DNA of 64,000 nt from Candidatus Omnitrophota bacterium (GCA_043814315.1 JBDRKE010000023.1:15576-79575); one strand, 5' to 3'; shown: positions 28,852-38,761, counted from the stretch's first letter. Notes: generated by a model from the sequence alone, not told the origin. Translations and numbers: made by a program.

Positions 28852-30751
28852 ATTTTTCTTTCTTACTTTTACTGAAGCTACCGACCGCCTCTCTTAGGAG
28901 CCTGCAATAAAGGTCAAATCCTACGGCAGCGATGAACCCATGCTGTTCGGCCCCCAAAAGATTGCCGGCGCCTCTGATCTCTAAATCTTCCATGGCAATA
29001 TTAAAGCCTGAACCCAGATACGCATACTCCTGGATAGCGTTTAATCTTTTTCTTGCGTCTGTATCCAGAATTTCATTCCTGGGGGTGAGAAAATAGGCAT
29101 AGGCCGGACGGTCAAACCGGCCGACCCTGCCCCTCAATTGATGTAAATCCGATAATCCAAACCGGTGTGCCTGGTTAACGATGATGGTATTGACATTGGG
29201 GATATCAATACCTGATTCTATGATCATGGTGCATATCAAACAATCGCTCTTTCCTGTTAAAAAGTCAAACATGGCCTTTTCCAGCAGCTTAGGATGCATC
29301 TGTCCGTGGGCTACGGCACAACGGATGGAACCGGGCAAAAGCCGGGAGAGTTTCTCTTTGACTTTTTCTATATCGTTAACACGATTATGTAAAAAGAACA
29401 CCTGGCCTTTTCTATCTACCTCTCTTAAGATAGCCTGCCTTACCAGATCGTCATCATATTCTATCACAATGGTTTTTATAGGCAACCGATTTTGTGGCGG
29501 CGTGTTGATCACGGATAAATCCTTGGCGCCCATCAGGCTCATGTACAAAGTCCTGGGGATGGGTGTGGCTGTAAGAGTCAGAACATCCGTGGTCAGGCGC
29601 AGTTTTTTTAGCTTCTCCTTGTGCTTGACGCCGAAACGCTGCTCTTCGTCAATAATCACGAGGCCTAAGTTTCTGAAGGCAACGTCATCGGAGAGAAGCC
29701 GGTGGGTCCCGATAACGATGTCAACGCTGCCGGCAGCCAGACCATCAAGAATATGCCTTTGTTCGGCGCCGGTCTTAAAACGGCAAAGCAACTGCAGTTG
29801 AACGGGAAATTCCTTGAGCCTTTGGGCAAAGTTCTGGTAATGTTGTTCGGCAAGAATCGTAGTCGGCACAAGATAGGCGACCTGCCCGTTATCCATCACG
29901 GCTTTAAAAGCGGCGCGCATGGCAACTTCGGTCTTACCGTACCCCACATCTCCGCAAAGCAGCCTGTCCATGGGGCGAACGGACTCCATGTCCTCTTTGA
30001 CTTCAAGGGTTGCCTTTAACTGGTCAGGTGTTTCCTTAAAAGAGAATGTCTTTTCGAAATCAGCCTGCCAATCCGTATCCGCAGAAAAAGCAAACCCCGC
30101 AGAGCCCAGGCGCACGGCCTGTAAAGATAAGAGCTCCCATGCCAATCTTTGGATGCCCTTACGCGCTCTTTCTTTGGTCCTCTGCCACTCTTTGCTTCCC
30201 AGGCGGTAAAGTTTAGGCCTGCGGATATGAAAAGCAATATATTTCTGCACCAGGTGCATAGCGTCCATCGGCACATACAGTTTCTCCTGGCGGTCATACT
30301 CAATGACCAGATGGTCTTTAAATCTGTCCTGCACCTTGATTTTTTCTATCCCCAGGTATCTGCCGATCCCGTGCTGGTTATGGACAATGAAATCGCCAGT
30401 CTTTAAGTCAACGAAGTTCGACAAAGGAAATTCTTCGCTGAAGTTCGTTCTCTTGGATACGCCGGCCGCCGGCTTCTTAATCGGCAGGATAATAACCATC
30501 CGGTGATCCCATGCCGCCTCCCCTGTTGCCGGCAGGTAGGTCTTGATAGAAACAAGGGCATCATCTTCCCATTCCATGCGGATGGGTAATTCGAAGGAAA
30601 ACGGGAAGATGTCTAGGATGCCTCCCCTTCGGGAGAAATCCCCCTCTTCACAAACGCACTCCTGCCGTTTGTAGTTATACTCCACCAGCGCGGACATAAG
30701 ATCATCCAAATCCCTATGTAAACCAACATATAATTTCAGGGCCTTAAACAT
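28844..30751 (-). CDS. mfd: Transcription-repair coupling factor, compact form
   Basis: CarD/TRCF RNAP-interacting block (FVDLKTGDFIVHNQHGIGRYLGI) followed by a DEAD/H helicase core (GDVGYGKTEVA, DEEQRFG, QLRGRVGR). Only 635 aa. Confidence 0.75.
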   Translation of the reverse strand: MFKALKLYVGLHRDLDDLMSALVEYNYKRQECVCEEGDFSRRGGILDIFPFSFELPIRMEWEDDALVSIKTYLPATGEAAWDHRMVIILPIKKPAAGVSKRTNFSEEFPLSNFVDLKTGDFIVHNQHGIGRYLGIEKIKVQDRFKDHLVIEYDRQEKLYVPMDAMHLVQKYIAFHIRRPKLYRLGSKEWQRTKERARKGIQRLAWELLSLQAVRLGSAGFAFSADTDWQADFEKTFSFKETPDQLKATLEVKEDMESVRPMDRLLCGDVGYGKTEVAMRAAFKAVMDNGQVAYLVPTTILAEQHYQNFAQRLKEFPVQLQLLCRFKTGAEQRHILDGLAAGSVDIVIGTHRLLSDDVAFRNLGLVIIDEEQRFGVKHKEKLKKLRLTTDVLTLTATPIPRTLYMSLMGAKDLSVINTPPQNRLPIKTIVIEYDDDLVRQAILREVDRKGQVFFLHNRVNDIEKVKEKLSRLLPGSIRCAVAHGQMHPKLLEKAMFDFLTGKSDCLICTMIIESGIDIPNVNTIIVNQAHRFGLSDLHQLRGRVGRFDRPAYAYFLTPRNEILDTDARKRLNAIQEYAYLGSGFNIAMEDLEIRGAGNLLGAEQHGFIAAVGFDLYCRLLREAVGSFSKSKKEKYD

Positions 30752-30827
30752 ATTATACTTTAGGTTGCGTTATGCGGTTACGAGACCCCTATTAGTTAAA
30801 GCTTAGGAAAAATAGATTTGATTTCCT

Positions 30828-30943
30828 GTGTAATGTGTAATGTGTAATGCGGGTGGAATGTATCTATGTGGAATGGAAAAGGATTTACCATTACACAATG
30901 AAACATTACGCCAACATTACACTTTACACATTCAACATTACAC
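30828..30943. repeat. Word-built hairpin (gtgtaat / attacac words), secDF|mfd gap
   Basis: gtgtaat x3 tandem (30828-30849) opposite cattacac-type words repeated 5 times (30889-30943). Confidence 0.85.
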
Positions 30944-30974
30944 AGATAATATGACGGCGATCGTGACGTAACCC

Positions 30975-33176
30975 TTATCCATTTTTTCGACGCGACCAGG
31001 CAAGAATTAAAGGCGAGGCAATGTAGATTGTAGAATAGGCGCCGGAAATGAAACCCACCAATAAAGCAAAGGCAAAATTACTTAGAACCTCTCCTGCGTA
31101 AAATAAAATTGCAAAAACCACCAGCAGCGTAACGGCCGACGTAAGAAGAGTCCTCGCTAACGTCTGATTGACGCTTAAGTTGATGAGTTCATACATCGTC
31201 AACTTTCTGTAAATCCTGCTGTTTTCTCTGACGCGGTCGTAAATAACGATGGTGTCGTTGATGGAATAACCGGCGATGGTGAGAAAGGCGGTGACGCTTA
31301 AGAGATCGATCTGCCTGCCTGTAACGACCAGGAATCCTAAGGTCACTAAGACGTCGTGAATAAGCGCAATAACGCCCGCCATGGCAAAATTAAAATGCTT
31401 AAAGCGAAACGCCACATAGATCAGGATACCCACCAACGACCAAATCAGTGCATAAACGGCTTTAGCCTGCAGGTGCTTTCCTGCGACTGGACCCACGCGC
31501 TCGATCCGAAGGACCTGGATATCCTGGTCAGGAAATTGTTCTTTTAATTTTTCCGTTAAAATGCGGCTCTTATCTTCAACCGTGCGGATGAGCACGACAC
31601 GAGGGTTATCTTTAAACTGCTGAATGGAGGCATCAGCCATGCCCGCTTCTTTTAAAATCTGCCTCAGCTGGTCAATCGGTGCAGGCGACTTAAAGCTATA
31701 CTCCTGCAGCTGGCCGCCCGCAAAATCGATTCCATAAGCCTGCTTGCCCTTTTTAAAATAAAATGCCAACCCCACAACGATAACGATGAGAGAAAGGGCA
31801 TAGAAAATCCTGCGTTTACCGATAAAGTCAAGCTTTGTTTCCCTGATAAACTTAAGCATAGGCAGGGATTTCAACACCCCCCACCCCAGCAAGACCTCAA
31901 AAATCGTTCGCGTGACGACAATGGCCGTAAACATGCTCGCCAGCAGACCGATCGTCAATGTCACGGCAAATCCCCTTATGGGGCCGGTCCCGAACTGAAA
32001 AAGCAGGAAAGCAGCGATAAGGGTCGTTAGGTTGGAATCCAGGATAGCCGTAAAAGCCCTGTTGTAACCGCTGATGACAGCCGATCGTAAATTCTTACCC
32101 GTTTTTATCTCTTCACGGATACGTTCATTAATCAACACGTTGGCATCCACGGCCATGCCTAAAGATAAAACAATACCGGCGATACCGGGCAGCGTCAACG
32201 TGGCGGAGACACCGGGAAACAGTAGGGGCAGGAGACCTAATCCCCCTAAAATCATCAACAGGTTAAGCAGTAGCGCAAAATCACTTATCAAGCCGGCTAA
32301 AAGATAGTAAACAGCCATAAAAATAAAAACAAGGGCACTGCCCACAATAGTAGCCTTGATCCCTTTATTTATGGAATCCTGTCCCAGCAAAGGACCGATG
32401 GTCCTCTCTTCCTCTATATACATAGGAGCTGGCAATGCGCCGACCCTTAAAACAAGGGCTAAATCCTGCGCCTCCTCAACTGAAAAACGGCCTGTGATGA
32501 CAGCCTCTCCGGAAGGAATCGCTTCTTTGATGCGGGGAGCGGACTGAACCTTGCCATCAAGAACAATAGCCAACCTTCGGCCGACATTGCCGGTAGTAAT
32601 CTGGGCGAACTTTTCAGCTCCCTGTGCATTAAACCTTAAGGAAACCACAGGCTCATTAAACTGGCTCTGGCTGAAATTAACCCTGGCATCCGTAAGGGCA
32701 TCGCCCACGAGAACGGCCTGTTTTTCCAAAAGCAAGGGCTCATTGTCCTCCTGCGCATACTTCAACTCAGAATCCTCAGGCACTGTGCCGGCTAAAGCCT
32801 GCTTTAGTTTTTCCGCGTCATTTGACACAAGCTTGAATTCCAGCAAAGCGGTTTTGCCAATGATATCTATGGCGCGATCCCTGTCGGTGACCCCGGGCAG
32901 CTGCACAACGATTTCATCCAGGCCCTGCCTTTGTATGGAAGGCTCCCTGACGCCAAACTCATCTATTCTGTTTCTGATGACTTCAAGGGCCCTGTCCGCC
33001 GCATCCTCCCTGTCTTCTTGCTTCAGATGCGAGGTATCGACCTTAAGCAAAAGGTGCATGCCGCCTTTTAAATCCAACCCCAGATTGATTCTTTTATCTA
33101 ACGGAAAGGCAAAATAGGCACATACAGCCAAAAGTCCTAAAATGAGTAACGATTTGTAGGCTATCCGACGCTCCAT
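30975..33176 (-). CDS. secDF: Protein translocase subunit SecDF (fused)
   Basis: 733 aa with two 6-TM SecD/SecF-type halves and a periplasmic domain (GLDLKGGMHL...). Confidence 0.9.
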   Translation of the reverse strand: MERRIAYKSLLILGLLAVCAYFAFPLDKRINLGLDLKGGMHLLLKVDTSHLKQEDREDAADRALEVIRNRIDEFGVREPSIQRQGLDEIVVQLPGVTDRDRAIDIIGKTALLEFKLVSNDAEKLKQALAGTVPEDSELKYAQEDNEPLLLEKQAVLVGDALTDARVNFSQSQFNEPVVSLRFNAQGAEKFAQITTGNVGRRLAIVLDGKVQSAPRIKEAIPSGEAVITGRFSVEEAQDLALVLRVGALPAPMYIEEERTIGPLLGQDSINKGIKATIVGSALVFIFMAVYYLLAGLISDFALLLNLLMILGGLGLLPLLFPGVSATLTLPGIAGIVLSLGMAVDANVLINERIREEIKTGKNLRSAVISGYNRAFTAILDSNLTTLIAAFLLFQFGTGPIRGFAVTLTIGLLASMFTAIVVTRTIFEVLLGWGVLKSLPMLKFIRETKLDFIGKRRIFYALSLIVIVVGLAFYFKKGKQAYGIDFAGGQLQEYSFKSPAPIDQLRQILKEAGMADASIQQFKDNPRVVLIRTVEDKSRILTEKLKEQFPDQDIQVLRIERVGPVAGKHLQAKAVYALIWSLVGILIYVAFRFKHFNFAMAGVIALIHDVLVTLGFLVVTGRQIDLLSVTAFLTIAGYSINDTIVIYDRVRENSRIYRKLTMYELINLSVNQTLARTLLTSAVTLLVVFAILFYAGEVLSNFAFALLVGFISGAYSTIYIASPLILAWSRRKNG

Positions 33177-33281
33177 GCTTACTCCTTAATTTTAAGAAAA
33201 TATAATAATACGTGCAACCTCAAATCCCAATGACTAAAACTTACTGTTTGTGCTTTGGAATTTGTTTGTAATTTGAAGCTT

Positions 33282-33334
33282 GCCCCGTTAGAAATTTTGA
33301 ACGACAATTGGTTAAGAAAATATTTTTAACGGGC
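33282..33334. repeat. Related gccccgttagaaa ... tttttaacgggc hairpin in the secDF|yajC gap
   Basis: Imperfect inverted repeat sharing the cccgtta core. Confidence 0.7.
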
Positions 33335-33374
33335 TTGGGGCTTGATGCTTAAACTCTTTTTTGTGTGACTTATG

Positions 33375-33659
33375 TTAAGCCTGCAGTTTCTTGACGTACG
33401 CCACACAATTCTTCTCTATTTCTATTTTGACGTTTTCGTCTATCCTTAATGTTACCGTTTTTTCTTTCACATTCACAATCGTGCCATGGATGCCGCTTGA
33501 AGTCACGATATCGTCATTCTTGTTTAAATTTTCAAGCATCTTCTTGTGCTGTTTTTCTTTTCCCTTTTGCGGCCGGATGAGTAAAAAGTAGAAAATGGCG
33601 AATATCGCAATAATGGGAAAAAGACTGGCTAACGGGTTAACGACTTGGGATTGCGGCAT
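33375..33659 (-). CDS. yajC: Preprotein translocase subunit YajC
   Basis: 94 aa, single TM then LIRPQKGKEKQHKKMLENLNKNDDIVTSSGIHGTIV, typical YajC; adjacent to secDF. Confidence 0.85.
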   Translation of the reverse strand: MPQSQVVNPLASLFPIIAIFAIFYFLLIRPQKGKEKQHKKMLENLNKNDDIVTSSGIHGTIVNVKEKTVTLRIDENVKIEIEKNCVAYVKKLQA

Positions 33660-33906
33660 TATTTCCCTCCTTTTTAAGATTCTTCATCAGACTTTTTACG
33701 GTGGAAGAAAGCTGGGCTCCTCTCTTCACCCAGAATTCAACGCGTTCTATGTCAATCTTTTTTGAACCATCGACGGCATTATAAAACCCTAATTCTTCGA
33801 GGGGCTTGCTATCTCTGCCCTTCCGATCATCAAAAACGCAAATCCTAAAATGCGGCCTTCCTTTGGGATTATTACCAAACCTTTTTAAACGTACATGCAC
33901 TGCCAT
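33637..33906 (-). CDS. rpsP: 30S ribosomal protein S16
   Basis: MAVHVRLKRFGNNPKGRPHFRICV typical bS16; AAGGAGGA SD. Confidence 0.92.
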   Translation of the reverse strand: MAVHVRLKRFGNNPKGRPHFRICVFDDRKGRDSKPLEELGFYNAVDGSKKIDIERVEFWVKRGAQLSSTVKSLMKNLKKEGNNAAIPSR

Positions 33907-34030
33907 TGTAATCCTCCTTCAATGAGCCCCGCTGCATTCTTGCATTCGCAAGAATGCAAGAAGCGGGGCGAATTGATCCCGAGCCTGCGAAGAAAATTTC
34001 TTTGAAATTTTCGAGCGTTTAGGCGAGGGA
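33907..34030 (-). repeat. Leader repeat family 2, upstream of rpsP
   Basis: TCCCTCGCC..GAAAATTTC/GAAATTTTC hairpin..GGCTCGGGATCAATT-CGCCCCGC..GCGGGGC-TCATTGA-AGGAGGA. Confidence 0.75.
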
Positions 34031-35521
34031 CTACATGTTAATCGCCTCTATCAGCGCTTTAGCCTTATTCACCGATTCAAGATATTCCTTTGCGGGAACC
34101 GAATCCGCAACAATCCCCGCTCCCGCCTGCACGTAGGCGAAACCGCCTTTGACCACGATAGTCCTAATCGTGATACATGTATCCATATTATGCGAAAAAC
34201 TGAAATACCCCACGCAACCCGCATAAACCCCGCGCCTTAAGTTTTCTAACTCGTCAATAATCTCCATGGCCCGGATTTTCGGGCTGCCGGTCACGGTGCC
34301 GGCGGGAAACGCGGTACGCAACACATCATAGATATCGAATCGCTTTTTGTCAAGTGTTCCTCGAACTTCACTGACCAGATGCATGACATGGGAATATTTT
34401 TCTATGTTCATAAATTCGCTTATTTTCACAGTGCCGGCTAAACTGACCCTGCCCAAATCATTCCTGCCCAGGTCCACCAGCATGATATGCTCTGCTTTCT
34501 CTTTCTCGTCTTTAATCAATTCTTCTGCCAGTTTTCTATCTTCTTCTTCTGCGGCCCCTCTTTTACGCGTGCCTGCAATGGGCCTTGTCTGAATAAACCC
34601 CCCCTCGCAGCGCACCAGCATCTCGGGAGAAGACCCTATCAAAGAAACGTCTTTAAACTGAAGAAAATACATGTAAGGCGAAGGATTCAGGCTCCTTAAA
34701 TTTCTGTAAATTTCAAATTCTTCGCACGCTATCTTGGTTTTAAAACGCTGGGATAAAACAACCTGAATGACATCCCCTTTTCTAATGTAACCTTTGGCCT
34801 CCTTTACCATATTTTGAAATTCGGATTTAGTGACATTGGGGGAAATTTTCGATTTACCGGCTCTTTTCTTGCCCGCCTGGGCCTCAGGGCCCAAGGAAGC
34901 GCTAAATAGTTTTTGAATAGCCTTTATCTTTCTAACGGCGCGCTCATAAATTTTCTTTTTCATGGCGTACCTTGCGCGGAGCGACTTCGGCAATAGCGTA
35001 TTGGCGACGATCTTTATGGTGTGATTGACATGGTCAAAAATCAAAATGGTGTCCGTCAGAATAAAAATACAATCGTCTAACCCCAGGTCGTCCGGATTTT
35101 TGTCGGGGATATTTTCAAAAAAACGCGCCGTATCGTAACTCATAAAACCGACCAGCCCGCCATAAAAACGCGGCAATCCGGGGACAGGGGTGGCCTTAAA
35201 GCCTTTCATGATGCGCTTAATCTCCTCTAATGGCGTATCCTCAGTAATGAAACGCCTCACGGATTTACGGTGGGGAAAGTGTATCTCAATGGACCTTGCC
35301 TTGCTTCTGAATATCAAGGAAGGGTCGCTTCCCAAAAAAGAGTAACGCGCTAACTTTTGCTGCCCCTCCACCGATTCAAGCAAAAAGGCATAGTCGCTTT
35401 TCTTCATTCTTAAAAAGGCAGACACCGGCGTATCCAGATCCGCGTTGATCTCGCTATAGACGGGAATCACATTTGCTACTTTTGTAAGTTTTAAGAATTC
35501 CTTTAATGACGGTTTAACCAT
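34031..35521 (-). CDS. trpE: Anthranilate synthase component I
   Basis: Chorismate-binding enzyme with the N-terminal YAFLLESVEG..ARYSFLG TrpE signature; 496 aa. Other MST-family enzymes not excluded. Confidence 0.75.
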   Translation of the reverse strand: MVKPSLKEFLKLTKVANVIPVYSEINADLDTPVSAFLRMKKSDYAFLLESVEGQQKLARYSFLGSDPSLIFRSKARSIEIHFPHRKSVRRFITEDTPLEEIKRIMKGFKATPVPGLPRFYGGLVGFMSYDTARFFENIPDKNPDDLGLDDCIFILTDTILIFDHVNHTIKIVANTLLPKSLRARYAMKKKIYERAVRKIKAIQKLFSASLGPEAQAGKKRAGKSKISPNVTKSEFQNMVKEAKGYIRKGDVIQVVLSQRFKTKIACEEFEIYRNLRSLNPSPYMYFLQFKDVSLIGSSPEMLVRCEGGFIQTRPIAGTRKRGAAEEEDRKLAEELIKDEKEKAEHIMLVDLGRNDLGRVSLAGTVKISEFMNIEKYSHVMHLVSEVRGTLDKKRFDIYDVLRTAFPAGTVTGSPKIRAMEIIDELENLRRGVYAGCVGYFSFSHNMDTCITIRTIVVKGGFAYVQAGAGIVADSVPAKEYLESVNKAKALIEAINM

Positions 35522-35540
35522 AAGTTAAAATTCCAAATAT

Positions 35541-35626
35541 CACTACACAAATTACAAACAATATACAATAATCAAATCAAAAAAAAAGTGTATTGTGATT
35601 TGTCTGTATATTGGTATTTGTGATTT
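35541..35626. repeat. Word-built hairpin (acaaat / atttgt words), hisI|trpE gap
   Basis: cactacacaaattacaaacaatatacaataatcaaatc opposite gtgtattgtgatttgtctgtatattggtatttgtgattt. Confidence 0.8.
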
Positions 35627-35630
35627 ATCT

Positions 35631-35966
35631 TTATTTGATCTTTCTATAAAAACAACTGCGATGGCCTGTGTGGCAGGCCACTCCTACCTGCCTGACCCTG
35701 ATGAGAAGCGTATCCCTATCGCAATCATAGGACACAGACTTTAGTAATTGATAGTGCCCGGAGGTCTCGCCCTTAATCCAATATTTCTTTCTTGAGCGCG
35801 ACCAGAAACAGGTCTTTCCTGATTTTAGAGACCTGGCCAGCGACTGTTTGTTCATATAAGCCAGCATGAGCACATCGCCTGTTTTATAATCCTGAATGAC
35901 CGCGGGGATCAAGCCTGCTTTATCAAAAGTCAAATCTTTTAAATTGAACTCCTTCTTTTTTTTCAT
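35631..35966 (-). CDS. hisI: Phosphoribosyl-AMP cyclohydrolase
   Basis: [22 protein letters not shown]...CHTGHRSCF. Start at ATG 35966 forms an ATGA overlap with the hisF stop; the ORF-track N-extension is unlikely. Confidence 0.88.
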   Translation of the reverse strand: MKKKKEFNLKDLTFDKAGLIPAVIQDYKTGDVLMLAYMNKQSLARSLKSGKTCFWSRSRKKYWIKGETSGHYQLLKSVSYDCDRDTLLIRVRQVGVACHTGHRSCFYRKIK

Positions 35967-36718
35967 AGCCGCACCGGCACTCCTTTGCCATTTAAATATT
36001 CCTTGACCTGCCTTACGGAGAATTCTTGATAATGAAAAATCGAAGCCGCCAAAGCCGCATCCGCACATGTCTCTGTAAAACAATCATAAAAATGCTCTAA
36101 TGTGCCGGCACCTCCTGAGGCGATGACCGGAACAGGCACAGCATCGGCGACGGCTTTGGTTAAAGCCAAATCAAAACCATCTTTAGTGCCGTCGGTATCC
36201 ATGCTGGTCAAAAGGATTTCTCCGGCTCCGAGGCGAGCGGCCTCTTTCGCCCATGCCACGGCCTCCAGTTCCGTCGGAGTCCGTCCTCCGTTGATATACA
36301 CCTGCCAGCCGCCTTCTGCCTTCTTGGCATCAATAGCCACCACGATACACTGGCTGCCAAACCGCCGTGAAGCCAGAGCGATCAACTCGGGGTATTTGAC
36401 GGCCTGGGTATTGACGGAAACCTTTTCCGCGCCCGCGTTTAAAAGATTCCTTATATCGTCAAGGTCTGCGATTCCGCCCCCCACCGTAAAAGGCATAAAA
36501 ATATTCTGGGCAATTTTTTCTACCAGATTAATGAGCGTCTTTCTTTTTTCAAAACTTGCGGTGATATCCAGAAAAGTCAATTCATCCGCCTGTTCGCGAT
36601 CGTAAATCTTAGCTACTTCTACCGGGTCGCCAGCATCTTTCAGCTGTAAGAATCTGACGCCCTTCACCACCCTGTTATCTTTGATATCCAGGCAGGGAAT
36701 AATGCGCTTAGTTAACAT
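35963..36718 (-). CDS. hisF: Imidazole glycerol phosphate synthase cyclase subunit
   Basis: [20 protein letters not shown]... typical HisF; start taken at ATG 36718 (ORF track extends to 36739). Confidence 0.92.
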   Translation of the reverse strand: MLTKRIIPCLDIKDNRVVKGVRFLQLKDAGDPVEVAKIYDREQADELTFLDITASFEKRKTLINLVEKIAQNIFMPFTVGGGIADLDDIRNLLNAGAEKVSVNTQAVKYPELIALASRRFGSQCIVVAIDAKKAEGGWQVYINGGRTPTELEAVAWAKEAARLGAGEILLTSMDTDGTKDGFDLALTKAVADAVPVPVIASGGAGTLEHFYDCFTETCADAALAASIFHYQEFSVRQVKEYLNGKGVPVRL

Positions 36719-36724
36719 GGTTAG

Positions 36725-36845
36725 AAATTCAAATGACAAAATCCAAAATTCAAAACAAATCCAAAATTCAAAACAAAAGATTTTCGATTTTTGATTTTGT
36801 GCTTTGTGCTTATTTTGTGCTTTGTTATTTGTTATTTGGATTTAT
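36725..36845. repeat. Word-built hairpin (caaaat / ttttg words), lipoprotein|hisF gap
   Basis: aaattcaaatgacaaaatccaaaattcaaaacaaatccaaaattcaaaac opposite gattttgtgctttgtgcttattttgtgctttgttatttg. Confidence 0.8.
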
Positions 36846-36850
36846 GTTCT

Positions 36851-37306
36851 CTACTTAACTTTCTTATAAAGATAATCTTTAAGCACTCCCCATGTCTTTT
36901 TCCCCACCTTGCCATCCACCGCCAGGTTATGGGCTGCCTGGAATTGCCTGATAGCGGCACGTGTCTGTTTGCCCATACGGCCGTCGATAAGCCCTGGGTT
37001 GTAGCCAGCGTTTTGCAGAGCCATCTGAATCTGTTTTACTTTAGGCCGGGATTTTACCTCTACTGTGGCCTTTTTAGAAGCCCGTATTCTTGGGCTTGCC
37101 TGAAACTCTCCACCCCTTGTTAGTGCTTCCACAGGGCTATAAATCCCTTCATCTTTAGCCTGAAGCTGCCCCTCTAAAAGTGAAATCTGGTTCTTCAAGC
37201 TCTCGATTTCAACGTCCGAGTGCTTGCGGGTCGTAGTGCAACCGCTTAAAGAAATAACAAAAAACCCCGCGCAGGATAACATCAATAACTTTCTTAACAT
37301 ATCCAC
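36851..37306 (-). CDS. Lipoprotein with C-terminal peptidoglycan-binding (PGB_1-like) domain
   Basis: Lipobox LSGC after a hydrophobic leader; C-terminal IQMALQNAGYNPGLIDGRMGKQTRAAIRQFQ resembles the PG_binding_1 repeat. Confidence 0.6.
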   Translation of the reverse strand: MDMLRKLLMLSCAGFFVISLSGCTTTRKHSDVEIESLKNQISLLEGQLQAKDEGIYSPVEALTRGGEFQASPRIRASKKATVEVKSRPKVKQIQMALQNAGYNPGLIDGRMGKQTRAAIRQFQAAHNLAVDGKVGKKTWGVLKDYLYKKVK

Positions 37307-37322
37307 CTCCTCCCCTTATCTC

Positions 37323-38039
37323 TCATATTTTTAAGGCCTGAGACAAAGTCAATTTACCATCATACAGGGCCTTACCTATGATAATCCCCTCTAATCCTTG
37401 TTTCTCTAATTTAGTCAGTTTATATATATCATCCAAAGAGGATATCCCGCCCGAAGCGATACATTTCAGGCCTGTTTTAGCCAAAAGGTTTTTAATCCCT
37501 TTGATATTGGGCCCGGTCAAGGTGCCATCCTTGAGGGTATCCGTATAAACAATGCGCTTAAAACCAACCTCTTTCAGATAGAGGCACCAGGTTATCAGAT
37601 CCATTCCTTTTTTGGAACTTTTCCAGCCAAAGATCTGCACGGAGTTTTGTTTAGCATCAACGCTGACAATTACCTTTTCCTTGAATTTAGAAAAGCCGTC
37701 TTTCAAAAAATGTTTATCCGTAACCGCTTTTGTGCCCAAAACAACGCGATAGAATCCGCAACCCAACAGTTCTTTTATGGTCTTTAGGGTTCTGACGCCA
37801 CCACCAAACTCTACAGGCACCGACACATTTTTGACTATCTCCTTGGCCAGATGCAGATTCTTAGGAATCCCGCTCATCGCTCCGTCCAGATCAACGACAT
37901 GCAGCAGGGATGCCCCTAATTTTACCCAGTGCTTGGCTGTCTTAACAGGATCTTTAGAGTATATCTTCTTGTTAAACCTGCCCTGAACAAGCCTCACCAC
38001 ACAACCGTCCTGGATATCGATAGCGGGGATAATTAACAT
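37323..38039 (-). CDS. hisA: ProFAR isomerase
   Basis: MLIIPAIDIQDGCVVRLVQG typical HisA; his cluster context. Confidence 0.9.
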   Translation of the reverse strand: MLIIPAIDIQDGCVVRLVQGRFNKKIYSKDPVKTAKHWVKLGASLLHVVDLDGAMSGIPKNLHLAKEIVKNVSVPVEFGGGVRTLKTIKELLGCGFYRVVLGTKAVTDKHFLKDGFSKFKEKVIVSVDAKQNSVQIFGWKSSKKGMDLITWCLYLKEVGFKRIVYTDTLKDGTLTGPNIKGIKNLLAKTGLKCIASGGISSLDDIYKLTKLEKQGLEGIIIGKALYDGKLTLSQALKI

Positions 38040-38060
38040 ATAGCAAGCGTCAATTCAGGT

Positions 38061-38124
38061 AAATTCCAAATCCCAAGCAAATCCCAAATCAAAAACTATT
38101 TTGGGATCTTGACATTTGGATTTA
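38061..38124. repeat. Word-built hairpin (aaatccc / gggat words), hisH|hisA gap
   Basis: aaattccaaatcccaagcaaatcccaaatc opposite ttttgggatcttgacatttggattt. Confidence 0.8.
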
Positions 38125-38127
38125 TCA

Positions 38128-38742
38128 CTACAATTCAACAAAATTTTTTAAGATTTTCAACCCTACGCTCTGGCTCTTTTCCGGATGAAACTGTACCCCA
38201 TAGAGGCCATCCTGCCAGACCATAGCAGCAAAATCCAGACCATAAGGCGTAGTCGCCGCCACTACATCAGTTTCCCTCGGCTGGGGATAATACGAATGAC
38301 AAAAATAAACAAAGGAATTATCTTCAATGCCTTTTAATAAAGGGCACTCCTTTTGGATTTTGGATTTCTTTAATTGGTTCCACCCCATATGCGGTACCTT
38401 AAGCCCATCCGCTTGCTTAAATTTTTTGACCTTGCCTTTTATGAATCCCAGGCCTTTTGATTCCCTGGCTTCTTCACTCTCCTCGAAGAATAGCTGCATA
38501 CCCAAGCAGATCCCTAAGAGGGGTTTATGGTTGCTGACGTATTGACGTAAACAACTGATGAGATTCCGCTTTTTCAATTCACGCATAGCATCCTCAAAGG
38601 CGCCTACACCCGGAAGCACGCACTTTTTTGCTGATGCTATAGCCTCAGCCTTATTGGTAACAATCGTCTTGGCACCGGTAAACTCCAAGGCTTTATGAAC
38701 GCTGTGAATATTCCCCATGCCGTAATCAATAATTGCAATCAT
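38128..38742 (-). CDS. hisH: Imidazole glycerol phosphate synthase glutaminase subunit
   Basis: MIAIIDYGMGNIHSV ... GICLGMQ ... FHPEKS triad motifs. Confidence 0.92.
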   Translation of the reverse strand: MIAIIDYGMGNIHSVHKALEFTGAKTIVTNKAEAIASAKKCVLPGVGAFEDAMRELKKRNLISCLRQYVSNHKPLLGICLGMQLFFEESEEARESKGLGFIKGKVKKFKQADGLKVPHMGWNQLKKSKIQKECPLLKGIEDNSFVYFCHSYYPQPRETDVVAATTPYGLDFAAMVWQDGLYGVQFHPEKSQSVGLKILKNFVEL

Positions 38743-38761
38743 GTGTCATATAATTCAGAAT

